Shown piece after piece: positions 62,081 through 64,000 of a stretch of DNA of 64,000 nt. Each line of letters begins with the position of its first letter. Within the stretch, counting starts at the first letter, position 1. Both the position numbers and the translations under genes were made by a program. Source of the stretch: Anthoceros angustus (Eukaryota > Plantae > Anthocerotophyta); NCBI GenBank assembly GCA_010909165.1, contig MU008232.1, positions 29,788-93,787 on the forward strand, in the 5' to 3' direction. The notes under the pieces were generated by a model, which worked only from the letters and a program-made list of their open reading frames with translations, did no database searches and had not been told where the DNA came from.

Positions 62081-63266
62081 TCAACATCCATCATCAAGGC
62101 CATCATCTTCCTTCCCAACTTCCAGGTTGAGTACCATATAGCCCAAAGGTCGCTCCTCATCGAGAGGTCTCCACCTTTCTTTCATTCTCTTCGACCCTTG
62201 GGCACAATTTGAGCCTTCCCAATATCCTTCGCCACGCAAACCTCCTTGGCCTGTAATTGAGATGGACCTCGACGATGCGGCTCGTGTGTCGCCTCCTCCG
62301 CATCCCGCAAGATTATATCCATGTACATGCTTTGTGGAATGAATTTCGACATGCATCCAATATCCATTCCCTTCCTTGGAGAATGTCTTGATAAGCTTCA
62401 TCATCAAACCTAAAGGCCATAGGGTAGGCGGACAACAAGTTTGTCAAGTGAATGGTATACCGACTTTTCTAGCGATATGGTGGGCAATCATCGACCGACC
62501 ATCATTGAAAGTGCCTGCAAAGCATTAGGTAACATGACAGCCAGCTGCAACTCGAGCTTTTCTTGAGACCCCAACGACAATGACATACTCCAAGTATCGA
62601 ACCCACCCTTGTCGTTGTTGACATTTGTCTTGTCCACACAAATGAAACAAGTCCACGCCACCACTTCGCATAGGCTCCACACAATATGTGAATCTTCACA
62701 CCATGCATTATGATCATCACGAAATCCTCGCATTCGATTAAGTATTGGAAGGAATGCAAAACACTTATGCATCAAACCTTCCATCCTTAGGGCCCTTATC
62801 GAATCCATGGGACATCCATCACAAGCAAAAGTACCTCCTCTTCCTCACAAAACCTCGCATATCCTGGACATCTCGAGCATGAATCGTCTGCACTTTTTCT
62901 CCGGCGTGGATGGTGCAAATCCTCTTCTATGTCCCTATCTGCTCCGTTGCTCATCCTTCAAGCCCTTCCATGTGTTGACCTCATAAAAGCTGAAAGTTTT
63001 CGGTACTTAGTGAGGGGCGCAATGTCTTTTGTTGCTGCACAAAAAGCAGGTTGTTTGGATATTAATGGGAGAGGGACTTGCGGCATGCCCTCCCAATAGG
63101 GCCTCGGGTTCGATCCGGGTAAGGCGGCCGGCATGCCCGGCGCCCCAAGCGGGAATATGGAAAATCGGGCGTGGGGAAGGAGGAAAGAACGACATAATAT
63201 TTTAAGCGGTGAATATACATCAAGCGACTTTTGCGTGAATATCTGAAGCAGGGTTTCGATGGGCAT
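62081..63266 (-). pseudogene. Amino (N6A/N4C) DNA methyltransferase-like domain, copy A (frameshifted)
   Basis: LLVMDVP(x)GFDKGP (~62788-62832), GLVSFVW(D)KTNVNNDKGGF..LEYVIVV (~62575-62654), WPLGLMMKLIKTFSKEG(E)WILDAC (motif X/I-like, ~62349-62419); order matches beta class. Confidence 0.65.
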
Positions 63267-63561
63267 TGAAATGCGTGTTTGAAGACCCTAAACACGCCGT
63301 AAGTGACACACCTAGGCGCGGCATGCGGCCAAGTCATCTTAAGCGTTACGTGCCTTGGGCGCATCGGCATCCAAGATTCATGGCCTTTGGCAATGAATGC
63401 TGGACGTCGGACAAACACCCTCCCTGGCGAAACTACTAGCGTAATGGCTTCTTTGGTGCTCAACATCTGTTAGACACCCTAGGCTAGTGGCTAAGAAACC
63501 ACGAGCGTGATGGCTTCTCGGATGGCTATTAAAACAAGGAGCATGGGGGGCATAAGGGCAT

Positions 63562-63590
63562 GAAGAAGAAGAAGAAGAAGAAGAAGAAGA
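63562..63590 (+). repeat. (GAA)9 microsatellite
   Basis: Seen directly in the sequence. Confidence 0.95.
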
Positions 63591-63696
63591 GGGATGGTGC
63601 ATGCCGGCCCTTACTTCAACATATAGTTTGTGCTTCCAATTGTTGTGTGCAAGAAAGTTAATGAAGTGGCAACACCGAAAGTTATGAACAAGAGGT

Positions 63697-63893
63697 CTTG
63701 GGTTCAAGTCTTTTAAGGCGCCATGCACGCCTTTAAAGGTAAACTTTCCTTGGGTTCAAGTTCTTTTAAGATGCCGCGCGCCCTTTAAAGGTAAACTTTC
63801 CTTGGGTTCAAGTCTTCTTTTAAGGCGCATGCCGCCTTTAAAGGTAAACTTTCCCTATTGTGTAGGCTTTAAAGGTAAGCTTTTCCTATTGTG
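63697..63893. repeat. ~52-55-bp tandem repeat (CTTGGGTTCAAGTCTTTTAAGG...CTTTAAAGGTAAACTTTC), about 3.5 copies
   Basis: Seen directly in the sequence. Confidence 0.9.
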
Positions 63894-64000
63894 CCGTAAT
63901 AGATAATGTGGATTGAAATGAAAGAAAAGTGATAGATGATTGGTTTGGTTTAAAATTCCCTTATCTGCTTTTCCCTTTGATAGCACTAATCCATGAAGAA

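Overview
Eukaryotic land-plant nuclear DNA. A bryophyte such as a hornwort is my best guess, from the compact GC-rich genes with ~90-bp introns, a PLS-class PPR gene and bryophyte-type gypsy accessory ORFs; this is inference only. The assembly is indel-rich: even conserved housekeeping genes are frameshifted, and there is one N at 29786. Region 1-42.5 kb is a transposon pile: a gypsy element split by a 14.9-kb CACTA-like element, which contains a CRE-like (RLE) non-LTR fragment, which is in turn split by a full-length copia (TSD ATTGA). The same region holds two more copia elements, a pogo-like transposase, SINE-like repeats and a complete chromovirus-like gypsy with non-canonical AGT...ACT ends (TSD CCATT). 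Region 43.5-56.8 kb is a dense gene island: PLS-PPR, polyphenol oxidase, TSR3, FATB-type acyl-ACP thioesterase and WASHC3/CCDC53. Region 57.9-63.3 kb is the most interesting. On the minus strand it holds two diverged tandem copies of a prokaryote-type beta-class amino (N6A/N4C) DNA methyltransferase-like domain, one of them preceded by a ParB/Srx-like domain. All protein calls come from recognising motifs by eye across frameshifts; no database searches were run.
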